A stretch of DNA of 64,000 nucleotides from Caecitellus pseudoparvulus. Its lineage: Eukaryota; Protista; Bigyra: Bicosoecida. Under the pieces are notes generated by a model that was given only the letters and a program-made list of their open reading frames with translations, was not told the DNA's origin and did not search any database. The stretch is from positions 62,001 to 126,000 of the forward strand of contig CBFFRQ010000039.1 in NCBI GenBank assembly GCA_965644315.1. Reading direction: 5' to 3'. Positions 60,503-64,000 of the stretch are shown here, piece after piece. Position numbers and translations under genes: made by a program. The first letter of the stretch is position 1, and each line of letters starts with the position of its first letter.

Positions 60503-62017
60503 TTACATTTGGCGCTTGAATGCTGCCCACGGCCAGACTGCTAGGGACTTGCCCAGCACCACGACGACGCCGTGGGCATTGCTGCCGACAACTGTGTTGC
60601 CGTTCAACGAAGCCGAGGGCACCGTCACTGCGCTGAGATCAAGTGTCGCCACAATGTCGTGCGAGGACGCGTCGATGAGCCTGAGCAAGTTCACATCCAA
60701 CAGCGCAGGCGCTGCGTTTGCGATGTGCCACACGAGGTAGGCTGGCCCGCCACCCGTCACGGAAGGGGGCACACTGCCAAAGACATGGGCCCCACACGTG
60801 CTGCTGCTGGCGCCAGATGGCATGGTGGCGTTGAAGGGCGGGGCGGACCACTGCTGGGCCAGGTCTGCCGTTGCCAGCCCCTCCAGCACTGCGCTGCAAG
60901 TGCCGGCAGCATACTCCCCCCAAGCCGACACGAGTCCGGAGGGGGGGTTGGCGCCGGGTGCAGCGGGGATGGTGCCGAAGAGGCTGTACCCCGAGGGGAT
61001 ACGGGTGGAGGCCAGGATGTCGCCCGTGCCTTGCTCGACCACCACCATGCCGTCGCCGCCTGCGACAGAATTCTCCACCCCCACCACCACCAGCCCATCG
61101 TCCGTGTGACCAGTGATGTAGGCGGTGTAGAAGCCTTCGCTGGGGGGGAACGCCTGTGTGAAATCCGTCCGCCACTGCAAGTTGCCGCTGCCTGAGTCCA
61201 CCGCGATGGCAGCCAGGGACACGTGCTGCTGCCCGTCTGGGCCACTTCGTGCGTTTCGGCACCCCAGCAGGAGCAGCCCATCGCCCTTCGTGTGGCTGGT
61301 GGGCGCTCCCCCCTGCCAGGCGAGGGGGGGGCGCAGCGCATCCACGTTGCGCTCCAGAGGCATGTTGCCGCCGCAGCGGTAGTCTTCCTTGATGTTGCGC
61401 GTCCACAGCGTGTGCCCTGTCGCGGCATCCAGCACCGCTGTGTGTCCTGTCACGAACGCGAACACCGCCACCAGCCCGCGCTGGGGGATGGCCGTCACCC
61501 CCGCATACTCCTCCGTCCACACTGAGCCGTTGGGCAGGTGTGCTGGTGCCGTCCACAGCAAGCGCTGGGCCTCCAAGTCCGCTGCAAATACCAGGCTTGC
61601 GGCGGCTGGCTCGCCAAAGCACAGCAGGGAGCCCACAATGGCCGTGTGGTTCGCCACCACTGTCGGCGCCAGGCCCGTTGGCATCCATGCACCACTGGCG
61701 CAGTCTTGTGGTGGCGCTGGCAACGGGGCAAGGGCCACTTTTCTGACCACAGCACCCGTGCAGCTGTTGGTAGCAACGAGCGCCCAGCCTGTACAGAAAG
61801 GGGTGCGAGCTGGTGCACTGCACTTGCACGCCACCACGCCACAGGCTGCCTACCACGCACCTCCGGACTGACCAGGGCCCAAATCTGTGGGAACAGCTGT
61901 CACGATCGCGTCTTCCAAGAGGGCCACCGGGCCTGCTGTGACATTGAACTTTGAGCAAGCAGCAGCGGTGGACAGGGCCGCCGCCACTGCCAGGGAAATG
62001 GCCAATCCGCTTCGCAT
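60503..62017 (-). CDS. Secreted PQQ-like/BamB-type beta-propeller protein; 1 intron
   Basis: Signal peptide MRSGLAISLAVAAALSTAAA. Intron 61789-61860 joins in frame. Propeller motifs AADLEAQRLLW, VLDAATGHTLW and AVDSGSGNLQW. Confidence 0.75.
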
Positions 62018-62227
62018 GACGCCGGACGGCTGCTGAGAGCGGAGAAATGGCGCCTACACACGGCCTTGACACCCCGCTTGTAACTATGTGCATGATTTCG
62101 AAGTCTTGATGTATGGATTTGAGCGCAGGCCTAGAGTGCGTCGGGGAGAGGCGCTGCCGCCCTCCCAGCACACCTGCGCCTCTGTACGCGCAGCGCAGAC
62201 AGGCCATGCAGACGGCACACAGGTGCA

Positions 62228-62908
62228 TCAGCCCAGAGGTGGGCCAGTTGGAGGCGCTCCGACAGGGGGCGCACCCGTCGCAACAGGCGCCTTGGGCTGC
62301 TGCCCCCCGATGGGCGCCACAGCGTAGGCAGGCCGAATGCTGCCGCCGCCAGTGGGTGCACCAGCAGGCACATGGCCGGTATGAGGGGGGGCGGTGGTGG
62401 GGGGGGGTGTGCCACTGGAGGAGGGGGGTGCGCCACTCCCCCCCGAGCTTGGACCTGCCCCCTCGCCCCCACCGTGCGTGTTGCCGTACTTGGCCCCTCG
62501 ATCTGCATGCCCCGCAGTGGAGTAGAAACCGTCGTCCACAGGCACGTACCGTGCTGCTGGTGCCTTGGCCTTCCGGGTTCCAGCTCCCTGCCCGCTCACA
62601 GCAGAGGCAGTGGCGGGCGAGAAGAAAGCCACTGGAGGGGGCGCGCCACCAGTGGCTGAGGTGCTCACTGGGGCTGGTGCGCTGCCAGGCGCCGTGGTAG
62701 GGACCTGCCCATCGTGAGGTGCGGGGCTTTGCTGCACCGGCTGGGATGCATGGCCACTCTCTGCCGCCAGCTGGCGAGCATACACCGACGCGTACGGGTC
62801 AGCAGCGGCCTGGTTCGACTGGGACGCAGGGGCCTTGTCTGGCGGCGGAGGCGCCACTGTATCTTGGAAGCTCTTCCACGCATCGCCAAGCGACTGGAGG
62901 AAGGACAT
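62228..62908 (-). CDS. Gly/Pro/Ala-rich hypothetical protein
   Basis: 226-aa ATG ORF with an amphipathic N-terminus (MSFLQSLGDAWKSFQDTVAP) and short motifs (FFSP, ARYVPVDDGFY) in low-complexity sequence. Confidence 0.55.
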   Translation of the reverse strand: MSFLQSLGDAWKSFQDTVAPPPPDKAPASQSNQAAADPYASVYARQLAAESGHASQPVQQSPAPHDGQVPTTAPGSAPAPVSTSATGGAPPPVAFFSPATASAVSGQGAGTRKAKAPAARYVPVDDGFYSTAGHADRGAKYGNTHGGGEGAGPSSGGSGAPPSSSGTPPPTTAPPHTGHVPAGAPTGGGSIRPAYAVAPIGGQQPKAPVATGAPPVGAPPTGPPLG

Positions 62909-63122
62909 GCTGAGCTGGAACCTGGCTGCACTGCTTCAAAAGCTGAGGAGGACAGCGTGAGCAGGAAACGCTCGTGAAACGCAGACCCAGCGAGACCTCT
63001 GCGCAGCCACGCAGGGGACAAAGGCCAACAAACTGCGGCTCACTCATTGAATTGTGTGTGAGGCAGAGAGGCAGCCTTTTATAAAGTGTCCTGGGCCGGA
63101 TTCACGTGGGAGCAGGCGAAGC

Positions 63123-64000
63123 ATGGCGTTGACTGCAAGCCACACACCTGCACACACCTCTGGCACTCGCCCAGGCCAAGGCGGCCTGGTGCGGCACCTC
63201 TTCGATAGCCATGCAAGTGGCTTCCCCACCTCTGCAATTCAGAGCTTCAAGGGCTGGTGAGGTGCAGTGCGGAGCTGCCGTTGAGACAGCAAGCCAGGCA
63301 ACGCCACCCCTCACGCTTCACAGGGAAGCGTTCATGCAGGATTTACTTGACCATGGTGTAATTTACGATGCAGACATAGGATTCCTTGCTGACTGCTGGG
63401 TGCGTCGAGCGAGGCAGCGTGCCAGGGGCCGGCGCACGGCTGCACAGTCTGGGACGCTCAATTTCCGCAGCGCACGCTGACGGCCGAATCAGACGGCCTC
63501 TCATGGGCCGCCTTCATGCACCACGTGAAGGAACACATGAAAGCAGAGAGTCCGGCATTCGTAGCGTTCCTGCAGGCCAAGGACATTGCGGAGCGTGCGC
63601 TGGCCGACGTGCAGGCTCTGGCGGGCGCCCACCCACCGCTTGCGAAGCTGCCTGCGCCCGGCACCCCCCTGCCGTGGCAGCTGGAGGCCGTGCTCCCGAC
63701 ACCAGAGAAGCTGCAGATGCTGCACCAGACGGAGGCCGCGACACGCACTGCCCTGGCGGCCGTGGCTGACGCGTGTGAGCAGCGAGTGCAGCAGCGCAGC
63801 GCCGAGCACTTGTTGCTGGGCCCGCTGGCGGCAGTTGGCGGCGGGGCGCTGCAGCCCATCCCCACGCCGCTGCAGTTCATGGTGGGCAATGCCCGTGCCA
63901 TCCACGCCCGCCTGCAGCGCCTGCGTGTGTCGCCCCGTGTGGTGGAGTGGGCCCATCTCCTCTGGCCCAGGGACGAAGAAGCACTGGCACCACTCAACCA
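63123..64000 (+). CDS. Hypothetical protein (possible degenerate EF-hand pair at N-terminus); 3' truncated
   Basis: Two GT-AG introns splice LVRHLFDSHASG...FKGW|EAFMQDLLDHG...ADCW|RTLTAESDGLSWAAFMHHVKEHM... into a frame open to the window end. Start uncertain. Confidence 0.55.

Noticed and set aside
62228-62908. Sec16 C-terminal-like 'ARYV' motif in the Gly/Pro-rich ORF
   Set aside because: A four-residue match in low-complexity sequence, and the protein is far too short and lacks the Sec16 central domain.

Overview
This is GC-rich (about 65-70% in housekeeping CDS), very gene-dense eukaryotic nuclear DNA, not prokaryotic. Spliceosomal introns are short (mostly 60-90 nt, GTGCGT/GTGAG...YGCAG) and cluster near gene 5' ends. 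Composition and gene content suggest a compact-genomed heterotrophic protist, possibly a stramenopile flagellate (inference only). About 23 protein genes were reconstructed by hand-splicing. In order: a giant Cys-repeat/RCC1-propeller protein, WASHC4, a USP44/49-like deubiquitinase, a membrane protein, RRP5, an RRM-only PPIE-like protein, a WD-like protein, MFSD13A, a MetX-family acyltransferase, a second WD-like protein, a DH/coiled-coil protein, a bromodomain-PHD protein, ETF-QO, a Myb factor, a mitochondrial unknown, a 4-exon Sec61beta missing from the ORF track, then after an accessory block SET, ankyrin, PQQ-like propeller and two hypothetical genes. The most unusual part is the lower-GC block at about 50.7-57.4 kb, between Sec61beta and the SET gene. 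It holds an intronless STAND-type NTPase fused to a winged helix and a PD-(D/E)xK nuclease. Facing it across a 2.2-kb AT-rich gene-free trough is a KH-like/NYN RNase/U-box-like protein. Together they are a candidate eukaryotic nuclease defence locus; the trough could alternatively be a centromere. Other highlights: a CCDC53-type motif fused to WASHC4, a conserved centrin-binding motif in the USP44-like protein, and a recurrent CAATTTCCGC motif near gene starts. No tRNA, rRNA or CRISPR array was seen. All domain calls are by-eye motif recognition; no searches were run.
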